Source: Elusimicrobiota bacterium
GTDB lineage: Bacteria > Elusimicrobiota > Elusimicrobia > UBA1565 > JACRDR01
Assembly: GCA_041694815.1 (NCBI GenBank)
Contig: JBGFSC010000002.1
Location: 1 to 29,682 of the forward strand
Length of the DNA stretch: 29,682 bases
Direction: 5' to 3'
In this document: positions 17,976-26,942 of the stretch, piece by piece
Numbering within the stretch: position 1 is the stretch's first letter
Layout of the letters: each line of letters starts with the position of its first letter
Notes under the pieces: generated by a model
Databases searched by the model: none
Seen by the model: only the letters and a program-made list of their open reading frames with translations
What the model was told of the DNA's origin: nothing
Position numbers and translations under genes: made by a program

Positions 17976-19417
17976 CCCTGCTCTGGCTCATCCCGGCTCT
18001 CGGCGCTCTCGTGGCCGCCCTGGCTCCCTCCCGGAATGCCAGCCGCGCCTGGGCCCTGCTCGTCTCCGGCGCGGGCCTTCTCTATTCCGCCTGGCTGCTG
18101 TTGCCTTACGGCCGCGGCGCCGGCGCGCTGCGGCTCGAGGAGATCGGCCGAGGCTCCTGGCTGGGCATCCGCTACCGCATGGGCGTCGACGGCCTGTCCT
18201 TGCCGCTGATCTGGTTGAGCGCATTTTTGATCGTCGTGGCGTTGCTCTCGTCCCGGCGCGATTTCTCCAAGGGCTATTGGGCGAGCTTCCTCGCCCTCGA
18301 GGCGGGGCTCTTCGGGGTTTTTTCGGCGCAAAACCTCTTCTACTTCTACCTATTCTGGGAGGCGGCCTTGATCCCGATGTTTTTCATCATCGGGCTTTGG
18401 GGATCGGAAGGGCGGGTGGCTGCCGCCTTCAAATTCATCCTGTACACCTTCTTGGGTAGCCTGGCGTTGCTCGTCGGGCTGATTTATCTCGTCGTCGTCC
18501 ACCACGGTGCCACCGGCATTTGGACCTGGGATATCCCGGAATTGGCCCGATCGCCGATCGCTGGCCCCGCTTCCATCTGGATTTTCGCCGCCATCCTGAT
18601 CGGTTTCGCGGTGAAGATCCCGGTACTACCCCTGCATCATTGGCTTCCCGACGCGCATACCGAGGCGCCGGCGGCGGGCTCGATCCTGCTGGCCGGGGCG
18701 ATGCTGAAGATGGGGGTCTACGGCCTCTTGCGAGTACTGATCCCGGTATTCCCAGACCTGAGCGCCGCCGCCTTGCCCTGGCTGGGCGGTTTGGGAGCGG
18801 CGAACGTGGTCTATGGGGCGCTTTGCGCCATGGCTCAAAAGGATCTCAAGCGCCTGGTCGCTTACACGAGCATCAGCCACCTGGGCTTTTGCCTCGTCGG
18901 CCTGTTCTCGCTGACATCGGAGGGCATTGCCGGAGCGGCGCTGGTGATGGTCAATCACGGGCTCTCCACCGGGGGGTTGTTCCTTCTCGTCGGCATGCTC
19001 TATGATCGGGCCCATCGGCGGGGGGTCTCCGACTTCGGCGACTTGGCCTCGGGAGCGCCGTATTTCGCGTTTTTTTTCGCCTTCATCCTGCTCTCCTCCA
19101 TCGGCCTGCCCGGGCTCAACGGCTTCGTGGGGGAGATGATGTCGCTGGCCGGTATGGCCCGCGTTCATTGGCCTTTGGCCGCGGCCGGTCTCGGCGGGAC
19201 CGTGCTGGCCGCGGCTTACGCCCTGCCCGCCTATCATCAGGTATTCTGGGCCCCTGCGGGGCCCGGTTCGGTGACGGCCAAGGTCACGGACATGGAGGCG
19301 GGCGAGCGGGCCCTGCTTTGGGCCCTGTCCGCCGTGATTCTTTTCCTGGGCCTATACCCGCGCCCGCTGCTTGAATTGATGCGGCCGGCCGTAACGACGC
19401 TGGCGGGCCGATTATGA
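17963..19417 (+). CDS. nuoM: NADH-quinone oxidoreductase subunit M
   Basis: GVDGLS, FWEAALIP, KIPVLPLHHWLPDAHTEAP and GLPGLNGFVGE. Real start is ATG 17963 (MGFLTLL), overlapping the nuoL end. Confidence 0.95.
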   Translation: MGFLTLLWLIPALGALVAALAPSRNASRAWALLVSGAGLLYSAWLLLPYGRGAGALRLEEIGRGSWLGIRYRMGVDGLSLPLIWLSAFLIVVALLSSRRDFSKGYWASFLALEAGLFGVFSAQNLFYFYLFWEAALIPMFFIIGLWGSEGRVAAAFKFILYTFLGSLALLVGLIYLVVVHHGATGIWTWDIPELARSPIAGPASIWIFAAILIGFAVKIPVLPLHHWLPDAHTEAPAAGSILLAGAMLKMGVYGLLRVLIPVFPDLSAAALPWLGGLGAANVVYGALCAMAQKDLKRLVAYTSISHLGFCLVGLFSLTSEGIAGAALVMVNHGLSTGGLFLLVGMLYDRAHRRGVSDFGDLASGAPYFAFFFAFILLSSIGLPGLNGFVGEMMSLAGMARVHWPLAAAGLGGTVLAAAYALPAYHQVFWAPAGPGSVTAKVTDMEAGERALLWALSAVILFLGLYPRPLLELMRPAVTTLAGRL

Positions 19418-20769
19418 CCAGCCTTCTCGTATTGACGGCCGGGCTCCTCTGGCTGGTGGCGATGGGCCTGGCCGGCCGCTCCGGCAAGGCGCAGAGTGCT
19501 CGGGCCGTCGCCGTCTTCGCGATACTGCTGGCGACGCTCTGCCTGGCTCCCACGGGAGAGGCGGCCGATGGCTTGTTGCGCCAAGACGGCTTTTCAGCGT
19601 GCTGGCAGCTGATCTTTCTGCTGGCGGCCCTGCCGCTGGCGATGCTCATGCCCATGGAGGATGAATCATCGGCGATATTGCTCCTGGGCTCGCTGGCCGG
19701 AATGAGCCTGCTGGCCTCGGCCAATCACTTGATCCTCCTGTTCATCGGACTGGAATCGATGTCGCTGCCGGGATACCTGCTGGTCTACCGGCTCAACCGC
19801 GGGCGCGACTCGCTCGAGGCGGCGATCAAGTATTTCTTCATGGGCAGCGCCGCCGCCGCCCTCTACCTCTTCGGCGCCTCGCTCTACTACGGTGCCACGG
19901 GAAGCCTCGCGCTGGCTCCGGCCGGACCGAGCTCGTTTCGACTGGAATTCTCCCTGGCGCTGATGGCCGTGGCGGCGTTGCTCAAGATCGGCGCCGTTCC
20001 ACTGCACTTCTGGCTTCCGGACGTCTACGAGGCCTCCGCTCCCGAGCTGGCGGGGTTCTTCTCGACGGCCTTCAAGGCCGCGGGGATTCTCTTCCTCCTG
20101 CGCCTGCTGCAACTGCCTCCCGTCCTCTCCGAAGGGATGCAGCTCGCCCTCCCCTGGATCAGCGCCGTGACGATGACCGTCGGCAATTTCCTGGCGCTGC
20201 GCCAAAGCTCCCTGGCTAGGCTTCTGGCCTATTCCTCCATCGCCCATGTGGGTTATCTGCTCCTGGGGGTTTGGGCGTGGACCCGCGACGGCCGCCCCCT
20301 GCCGGGCTCCATTCTCCTGTACCTGGCCGCCTATCTTTTCATGAGCACGGGGGCTTTCGCGGCCTTGAGGCTTTCGGGGCTCAAGCGTTGGGAGCAGCTG
20401 CGGGGCTACGGTGCTAGGTCGCCCTGGCTCGCCGGTTTCATGGCGCTTATGCTGCTCTCCTTGGCCTCGATACCGCCGACCGGGGGCTTCCTCGCCAAGT
20501 TCTTTATTTTTTGGGACGCGCTCCGGGCCCAAGGCGCCGGGTGGGTATGGGTCGCCGCATTCAACAGCCTCGTCGGAATTGGCTATTATTTCTCCTGGAT
20601 CAAGGCGATGGCCTTCGACCCCGCCGACGAGCAAGCCGCCCCGCCGGCGCCGAAGCTGAGCCTTCGGCAGCAGGGCCTTTTATGGGGTTGCGCCGTGCCG
20701 ACGCTTTTCTTGGGCGTGTGGCCCGGGGTCCATACCTGGCTCACGGCCCTGTTGGGAGCGGCGCGGTGA
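19414..20769 (+). CDS. nuoN: NADH-quinone oxidoreductase subunit N
   Basis: EAAIKYF, KIGAVPLHFWLPDVYE, RLLAYSSIAHVGY and IPPTGGFLAKF; ATGA overlap with nuoM. Confidence 0.94.
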   Translation: MTSLLVLTAGLLWLVAMGLAGRSGKAQSARAVAVFAILLATLCLAPTGEAADGLLRQDGFSACWQLIFLLAALPLAMLMPMEDESSAILLLGSLAGMSLLASANHLILLFIGLESMSLPGYLLVYRLNRGRDSLEAAIKYFFMGSAAAALYLFGASLYYGATGSLALAPAGPSSFRLEFSLALMAVAALLKIGAVPLHFWLPDVYEASAPELAGFFSTAFKAAGILFLLRLLQLPPVLSEGMQLALPWISAVTMTVGNFLALRQSSLARLLAYSSIAHVGYLLLGVWAWTRDGRPLPGSILLYLAAYLFMSTGAFAALRLSGLKRWEQLRGYGARSPWLAGFMALMLLSLASIPPTGGFLAKFFIFWDALRAQGAGWVWVAAFNSLVGIGYYFSWIKAMAFDPADEQAAPPAPKLSLRQQGLLWGCAVPTLFLGVWPGVHTWLTALLGAAR

Positions 20770-21119
20770 ACGCCTTGGCCCTTTGGATCAATCTGGCCTT
20801 GGTGGCGGGCTTGGTCGCCGTGCTCTCTTCGGCCTCTTTATTGCTGGGTCCGCAGCGGAGGGCTGCCGGCGCCAAGGGCCAGCCGTATGAGACCGGCATG
20901 TCGCCCTTGGAGCCGGCGGCCGGGCGCATGACGGTCTCGTACTATCGGTTCGCGGTGTTGTTCGTGATCTTCGACATCGACTTGGCGCTGCTGCTCCCCT
21001 GGGTGCTCATGCGCGACCGCTTGAGTTTGGGCGCGGTGGCCGCCTTCAGCCTTTTCTTGGGCTTGGTCGCCCTGACCTTGGCGTACCTGTGGCGCAAGGG
21101 GGCGCTGGAATTCTCATGA
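20766..21119 (+). CDS. nuoA: NADH-quinone oxidoreductase subunit A
   Basis: PYETG, YYRFAVLFVIFDID and YLWRKGALE. GTG start overlaps the nuoN stop. Confidence 0.93.
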   Translation: MNALALWINLALVAGLVAVLSSASLLLGPQRRAAGAKGQPYETGMSPLEPAAGRMTVSYYRFAVLFVIFDIDLALLLPWVLMRDRLSLGAVAAFSLFLGLVALTLAYLWRKGALEFS

Positions 21120-21604
21120 ACGATGAGGCTTTCCAGACGCCGGGGGTGCTGACGAGCCGGCTCGACGCGGCGATCGGATGGGCCCGGAAATATTCCATTT
21201 TCCAGTACCCCTTCGTGACCGCCTGCTGCGGCATGGAGTACATGTCCACGGCCGCCTCGCATTACGACATGGACCGCTTCGGGGCGGGCCTGCCTCGCTT
21301 CTCCCCGCGGCAGGCGGACGTCTTGATGGTCGTCGGCACCATCAGCCACAAGATGTCGCCGGTGCTCAAGCGAATCTACGAGCAGATGACCGACCCGAAA
21401 TGGGTCGTCGCCTTCGGCGTTTGCACCTGCACCGGCGGCTTCTACGACGACTACGCCACCGTGCAGGGGATCGACACCATCATTCCGGTCGACCTTTACA
21501 TCCCCGGCTGCCCGCCGCGGCCGGAGGCGGTTCTCCAGGGCCTCATGCTGCTGCAGGAAAAGATCCGCAAGCAGGGCGCGGGCTCGGGGAGGCAGCAGCC
21601 TTGA
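21116..21604 (+). CDS. nuoB: NADH-quinone oxidoreductase subunit B
   Basis: TACCGME, SPRQAD, FGVC and PGCPPRPE (N2 ligands). ATG overlaps the nuoA stop. Confidence 0.96.
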   Translation: MNDEAFQTPGVLTSRLDAAIGWARKYSIFQYPFVTACCGMEYMSTAASHYDMDRFGAGLPRFSPRQADVLMVVGTISHKMSPVLKRIYEQMTDPKWVVAFGVCTCTGGFYDDYATVQGIDTIIPVDLYIPGCPPRPEAVLQGLMLLQEKIRKQGAGSGRQQP

Positions 21605-22221
21605 GCGAACGCATCCGAGAGGCGCTCTCGGGCCTGTTGCGGGCCGAATTGCTGGCCTTCGAGGGGTCGGGGGAGGAGGCGCAAGCCCGTGTCCCTGTTT
21701 CACGGGTGCGCGACGCCCTGATCGCGCTGCGCGACGGGCTGGGCTTCAACATGCTCGTGGACCTGACGGCCTGTGACCTGCTCCGCTACCCCGTTTCCCA
21801 TCAGGTGGGGGTGACCGACCCCTGCCAGGCCACGCAAGGCGACGCCTGGAAGGAAAAGAACGTGACTCACGAGCGCTTCGAGCTCACCTACCGCCTGCTA
21901 TCGCTCGACCCGGAGTCGGGCCTGCTGGGTGGGCGCTTCGCCGTCAAATGCCGGGTGTCCGACGGGGAGATCGGGCCCCCTTCGATCCGCGACCTATGGC
22001 CCGTCGCCGATTGGCTCGAGCGCGAGTTGTGGGACATGTTCGGCGTGCGTTTTTCGGACCGTCCCGATATCCGGCGCATCCTCCTCTATGAGGAGTTCGT
22101 CGGCCACCCCTTGCGCAAGGATTACCCGATTAACAAGCGCCAGCCCCTGCTGGCCTCGCGCCTCAAGGCCGATGGGGAGGGGATATCCCCCGCCGAGCTG
22201 CGCCCGAAACTAGTCCCGTGA
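21601..22221 (+). CDS. nuoC: NADH-quinone oxidoreductase subunit C
   Basis: WLERELWDMFGVRF and GHPLRKDYP. TTG start overlaps the nuoB stop (TTGA). Confidence 0.92.
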   Translation: MSERIREALSGLLRAELLAFEGSGEEAQARVPVSRVRDALIALRDGLGFNMLVDLTACDLLRYPVSHQVGVTDPCQATQGDAWKEKNVTHERFELTYRLLSLDPESGLLGGRFAVKCRVSDGEIGPPSIRDLWPVADWLERELWDMFGVRFSDRPDIRRILLYEEFVGHPLRKDYPINKRQPLLASRLKADGEGISPAELRPKLVP

Positions 22222-23531
22222 AGAAATCCTATTACCTCAACATGGGCCCGCAACACCCCGCCATGCACGGGGTCATCCGGCTGATCCTCGAGCTCGAGGG
22301 AGAGCGGATCCAGGGCTGCGAGGTCGAATTCGGCTACATGCACCGCGCCTTCGAGAAGCACGCCGAATCCGAGACGTGGAACAACGTCATCCCCTGGACC
22401 GACCGGCTCAATTACGTCTCGCCCTTGATCAACAACGTGGGCTACTGCATGGCCGTCGAGAAACTCTGCGGCCTGAGCGTACCCGAACGCGGCCAGTACA
22501 TCCGAGTCATCGCCTCCGAAGTGTCGCGCTTGACGGACCACCTCACCTGCATCGGCGCCTCCGCGATGGAGCTGGGGGCCTTCACCGTGTTTCTCTATAT
22601 GATCAAGGCGCGTGAGTTCCTCTACCAGTGCGTTGATAAGCTCACGGGCGCGCGGATCACCACCAGCTTCACGCGCGTGGGCGGGGTCAAGGCGGACCTT
22701 CCCGAGGGTTTCGAGGAGCAGCTCCTCTCCGCCTTCGCGGAGGTCCGCCGGGTGCTGCGCGAGGTCGACGGGCTGTTGACCAAGAACCGCATCTTCTATG
22801 ACCGAGTCAACGGGACGGGACGGATCGGCCGCGAGGAGGCGATCGCCTACGGCATCACGGGTCCCTTCCTACGCTCCACCGGGGTTCCCTACGACGTGCG
22901 CCGGGCCAGCCCCTATCTCGTCTATGACCGCTTGAGCTTCGAAGTCCCGGTGGGCGGTAATGGCGACAATTTGGACCGCTATCTCGTCCGCATGGCCGAG
23001 ATGGAGCAGAGCATGCGCATCGTCGAGCAATGCTTCCGGCAGATCCCGCCGGGAGCGCATTCGCTCGAGGATCGAGAGCTCATCGAAGCGGGGGTGATGT
23101 TCGACGAAGGGAAGGCCGGGAAAACGGGGCAGTTGTGGAAGGCGGAAGCGGCCGTCGATGCGACGCTCGAGGGAACCGGACAGCGCTGCGCCCCCCATAT
23201 CCAAGGACCCCAGCGACAATACGCCCTGCCTCCCAAGGAAGAGACCTATGGGAGCATCGAGGGATTGATGAGGCATTTCGAGATCATCATGTGGGGGCGA
23301 GGCGTTCGCCCACCCGCCGGCGAATGCTACCAAGCCGTCGAGGGGGCTAATGGCGAGCTGGGCTTCCATATCTATTCGGACGGGACGGACCGCCCTTACC
23401 GCGTCCGTTGCCGTCCGCCCTGCTTCTTCCCGATGGCGGCGTTGGGTAAGATACTCGTAGGAGAAAACGTCGCCGACATCATCCCCACCTTCGGCTCGGT
23501 CAATATGATCGCGGGGGAATTCGAGCGGTGA
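22218..23531 (+). CDS. nuoD: NADH-quinone oxidoreductase subunit D
   Basis: NMGPQHPAMHG, GYMHRAFEK, GPFLRSTG and GELGF; no NiFe CxxC motifs. Confidence 0.95.
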   Translation: MKKSYYLNMGPQHPAMHGVIRLILELEGERIQGCEVEFGYMHRAFEKHAESETWNNVIPWTDRLNYVSPLINNVGYCMAVEKLCGLSVPERGQYIRVIASEVSRLTDHLTCIGASAMELGAFTVFLYMIKAREFLYQCVDKLTGARITTSFTRVGGVKADLPEGFEEQLLSAFAEVRRVLREVDGLLTKNRIFYDRVNGTGRIGREEAIAYGITGPFLRSTGVPYDVRRASPYLVYDRLSFEVPVGGNGDNLDRYLVRMAEMEQSMRIVEQCFRQIPPGAHSLEDRELIEAGVMFDEGKAGKTGQLWKAEAAVDATLEGTGQRCAPHIQGPQRQYALPPKEETYGSIEGLMRHFEIIMWGRGVRPPAGECYQAVEGANGELGFHIYSDGTDRPYRVRCRPPCFFPMAALGKILVGENVADIIPTFGSVNMIAGEFER

Positions 23532-25318
23532 GAACCAGTAGCGCCGCCCCCGAGGCGTCCCCTCCACCCTTTTCCGTCGAAGAGCGCCAGCGCTTGGAGG
23601 CGTGGGCGCGGCGCTTCCCTCGACCGCGCATGGGGCTGACCCAGGCCTTGCGCGACGTGCAGGATTGGCACGGGTTGATCAGTCCCGAGGCCGAGTCGAC
23701 CTTGGCCGAGATTTTCGGCGTCACCCCCACGGAGGTCCGCGAGGTCCATACCTTTTATCCGTACTTCTCGCGAACCCAAAAGGGGCGCTATCGCATCGAT
23801 GTCTGCCGCAACCTGAGCTGCCATCTGGCGGGCGCGCAAGCCGTCTGCGAGAAGCTTCGCGCCGCTATTGGCGAGCCGGGGCGCGCGAGCGACGACGGGT
23901 TGTTTTCCTGGGAAGAGGTCGAATGCCTGGGCGCCTGCGAGATGGCCCCGGCCTTAAGCGTTAACGACGAGCTCCAGGGGGCGGCGACTCCCGAGGGGGC
24001 CCTGCGGCTGCTCGAGTCGCTTCGGCGCGGGGAGGGGGTCCCTCGGCCGCTGGACTCCGCGGAGCAAGGCGGATTCGACCGGCGGCGTCCGGGACCCAAA
24101 GAGCCGCGGATATTGACCGAGCATTTCGGCGACGCGCGCCTGCGAAGCCTGGAGGGCTACCGCGCCAAGGGGGGCTACGCCGCCCTGTGGAAGGCTCGCG
24201 GCATGGAGCCGGCCGCGCTCATCGAGGAGGTCAAAAGATCCAATCTGCGGGGGCTGGGAGGGGCGGGCTTTCCCTCGGGCATGAAATGGAGTACCGTGCC
24301 TCCGAAGAAGGATAAGCCGCATTATCTGGTCTGCAACGCCGACGAGAGCGAGCCGGGGTGCTTCAAGGACCGCTCCCTGCTCGAGCGCAATCCCCACAAC
24401 CTCATCGAGGGCATGCTTATCGCCTGCCGGGCCATACAAGCCGACGCGGCCTTCGTCTTCATCCGCGGCGAGTATAGTAGACAGCTGCGCATCCTCGAAG
24501 CCGCATTGGAGGAGGCGCGCGCGGAAGGGCTGCTGCAGCCCGAGATCCGCGTCGTCCGCGGGGTCAACGCCTACATCTCCGGCCTCGACACCGCCCTCCT
24601 GGAGACCATGGAGGGCAAGAAGGCCTGGCCGAGGCAGCCGCCTCCCTTCCCCACGGTCTCGGGCTTGCTGGGCTGCCCGACCGTGGTCAATAACGTCGAG
24701 ACCCTCATGATGCTTCCCGCCATCATCGGCAAGGGTGCCGAGTGGTTCGCCTCGGTTGGCGCCGCCCGAAGCGGCGGTACGGCCGTCTATTCCATCAGCG
24801 GGCACGTCAATCGTCCAGGCATCTACGAGTTCCCCATGGGTACTCCGCTGCAAGACATCCTCGGGGCCGCGGGCGGCGTGCGCGAGGGCCACTCGCTCAA
24901 GGCGGTGATCCCCGGGGGAACCTCCACTCCCGTGCTAACGGCCGCCGAGGCGATGACGGCCAAGATGGATTTCGACAGCCTCAGGGCCGTCGGCTCCTTC
25001 CTGGGCGCCGGGGGCATCATCGTCCTCGATGAGACGGCCGATATGGTCGAGGTTCTCTACATCATCGAGCGCTTCCTCTGGCAGGAGTCCTGCGGGCAAT
25101 GCACCCCTTGCCGGGAAGGATCGGGCTGGGTCTCGCGCATACTCAAACGGATCTTGGACGGGGAAGGGACCCCCGCCGACATCGACAATATCCTGCGCAT
25201 CGGGGAGAATATCACCGGCACGGTGATCTGCGCCTTGGGCGATACGATCGGGCCGGTGGCGCGCGCCATGATCCAAAAGTTCAGGGCTGATTTCGATAGG
25301 AGGGTGCGCCATGGTTGA
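23528..25318 (+). CDS. nuoEF: Fused NuoE-NuoF (2Fe-2S N1a domain plus FMN/4Fe-4S N3 domain), 596 aa
   Basis: N-terminal CRNLSC...CLGAC (NuoE), then LRGLGGAGFP, NADESEPG, NNVET and SCGQCTPCREG...ICALG (NuoF) in one open frame. Confidence 0.93.
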   Translation: MRTSSAAPEASPPPFSVEERQRLEAWARRFPRPRMGLTQALRDVQDWHGLISPEAESTLAEIFGVTPTEVREVHTFYPYFSRTQKGRYRIDVCRNLSCHLAGAQAVCEKLRAAIGEPGRASDDGLFSWEEVECLGACEMAPALSVNDELQGAATPEGALRLLESLRRGEGVPRPLDSAEQGGFDRRRPGPKEPRILTEHFGDARLRSLEGYRAKGGYAALWKARGMEPAALIEEVKRSNLRGLGGAGFPSGMKWSTVPPKKDKPHYLVCNADESEPGCFKDRSLLERNPHNLIEGMLIACRAIQADAAFVFIRGEYSRQLRILEAALEEARAEGLLQPEIRVVRGVNAYISGLDTALLETMEGKKAWPRQPPPFPTVSGLLGCPTVVNNVETLMMLPAIIGKGAEWFASVGAARSGGTAVYSISGHVNRPGIYEFPMGTPLQDILGAAGGVREGHSLKAVIPGGTSTPVLTAAEAMTAKMDFDSLRAVGSFLGAGGIIVLDETADMVEVLYIIERFLWQESCGQCTPCREGSGWVSRILKRILDGEGTPADIDNILRIGENITGTVICALGDTIGPVARAMIQKFRADFDRRVRHG

Positions 25319-26942
25319 GGGGCCTACGGTCTCCTTCACCCTCGACGGGCGCTCGCTCGCGGCCCCTGAGGGCAGTCTGGTCATCGACGCGGCCAAGAAG
25401 GCGGGCATCGAAATCCCGCATTACTGCTACCATCCCGCCCTGGGAAATCCGGGGGTCTGCCGCCTTTGCCTGGTCGAAGTGGAAGGAGCGCCCAAGCCGA
25501 TGGTTTCCTGCCGACTGCCGGTCAAGGCGGGCATGGTCGTTCGCTCCAATTCTCCGCGGGCCCGCAAGGCCCAGAGCTCCTCGCTCGAGCTGCATTTGGC
25601 CAACCACCCGCTCGACTGCCCGGTCTGCGACCAGGCGGGGGAGTGCTGGCTCCAGGACTATTACATGCGCTATGGGCTCTATCCCAGCGCCTTGCGGGAG
25701 GACAAGCTGCACAAGGACAAGCGCGTCCAGGTCGGCCCGAGGATCATGCTTGACGAGGAGCGCTGCATCCTCTGCACCCGGTGCACGCGCTTCTTAAATA
25801 ACGTGACGAAAACCTATGAACTCGGCATCTTCAACCGTGGCGACCGCGACATCCTCCAAGCCTATCCCGGCCGCAGCGTCGACAACCCCTATGCCGGCAA
25901 CGTCGTGGATCTTTGCCCGGTAGGCGCGCTGACCGACAAGGATTTCCGCTTCAAGGTGCGCGTCTGGTACCTCGATCAGACCCCCTCGGTATGCACGAGC
26001 TGCGCGCGGGGCTGCTCGATCGACATCCATTCCAATACCCGCAGGCCATGGCACACGCCGGGCCAGCGAGTAGCTAGGTTCAAGCCCCGGCATAATCCGG
26101 AGGTCAACGATTGGTGGATGTGCGACGAGGGGCGCTATAGCTACAAGCAGATCGATTCGCCCTTACGGCTGAAATACGCCTCCACCCTGTCGGGCGGATC
26201 TCCCGTCCGGGTCGACCCCGCCTTTGCCGCAGGCGAGATCGCCGCGCGGCTCAGGCAGCTCTGCGAGGAAAAGGGCCCGCAGGGGCTCGCCGTGGTGTTG
26301 AGCGGGACACTTTCCAACGAGGATCTCTTCGCCGCGCGCGCCCTGTTCGTGGACACCTTGAACGCCGGCCATATCCTGACGCGGCCCGGCCCGGATCAAT
26401 TGGGAAGCGAGGACGCCCTGCTCCGCAGGAAGGAAAAGGTGCCGAACCATCGGGGCGCGGAAGCGATGGAGCTGGGGCGCGAGTCCTCCTGGGAGTCGAT
26501 ACTTTCCGCCATCGAGGCGAAAACCGTCTGGGGACTCTACGTGGTCGACCGCGATCCGGCCGCCATCTGGGGCCTCGCGGACGCTCGGGAACTATCCGGT
26601 CTCGCCCTAACGGTGTATCAGGGGAGCCACTCGAACCGCTTCGCCCACGAGGCCCATTGGGTGCTGCCCTCCTGCTCCTTCGCGGAGGAAGAAGCCTCCT
26701 TCATCAATTTCGAGGGCCAACTACAGCGCGTTTCCGCGGCCCTGCCACCCTTGGGCGAGTCCAGGCCCGATTGGGAGATATGGCGGGACATGCTGCATTC
26801 CCTGGGCCGGCGCGCGGCCTGGGACGGGCCACAGGCCGTCTTCAAGGAAATGACGCGGGTGATCCCCGCCTTTGCGGGGCTCGACTGGGACGGATTGGGC
26901 GCCTGGGGAAAACGGCTGGAACTGGAGCGCTCGCCCGCATGA
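25311..26942 (+). CDS. nuoG: NADH-quinone oxidoreductase subunit G (short form, 543 aa)
   Basis: N1b CYH..CRLC..SC, N5 HPLDCPVCDQAGEC, N4 CILCTRC..CPVG and N7 CTSCARGC..MCD. Confidence 0.93.
   Translation: MVEGPTVSFTLDGRSLAAPEGSLVIDAAKKAGIEIPHYCYHPALGNPGVCRLCLVEVEGAPKPMVSCRLPVKAGMVVRSNSPRARKAQSSSLELHLANHPLDCPVCDQAGECWLQDYYMRYGLYPSALREDKLHKDKRVQVGPRIMLDEERCILCTRCTRFLNNVTKTYELGIFNRGDRDILQAYPGRSVDNPYAGNVVDLCPVGALTDKDFRFKVRVWYLDQTPSVCTSCARGCSIDIHSNTRRPWHTPGQRVARFKPRHNPEVNDWWMCDEGRYSYKQIDSPLRLKYASTLSGGSPVRVDPAFAAGEIAARLRQLCEEKGPQGLAVVLSGTLSNEDLFAARALFVDTLNAGHILTRPGPDQLGSEDALLRRKEKVPNHRGAEAMELGRESSWESILSAIEAKTVWGLYVVDRDPAAIWGLADARELSGLALTVYQGSHSNRFAHEAHWVLPSCSFAEEEASFINFEGQLQRVSAALPPLGESRPDWEIWRDMLHSLGRRAAWDGPQAVFKEMTRVIPAFAGLDWDGLGAWGKRLELERSPA

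Noticed and set aside
21116..23531. Group 4 [NiFe]-hydrogenase or other complex I-like enzyme instead of Nuo
   Set aside because: NuoD lacks both CxxC nickel-binding motifs, NuoB has the tandem CC of complex I, and the quinone-site His and Tyr are retained.
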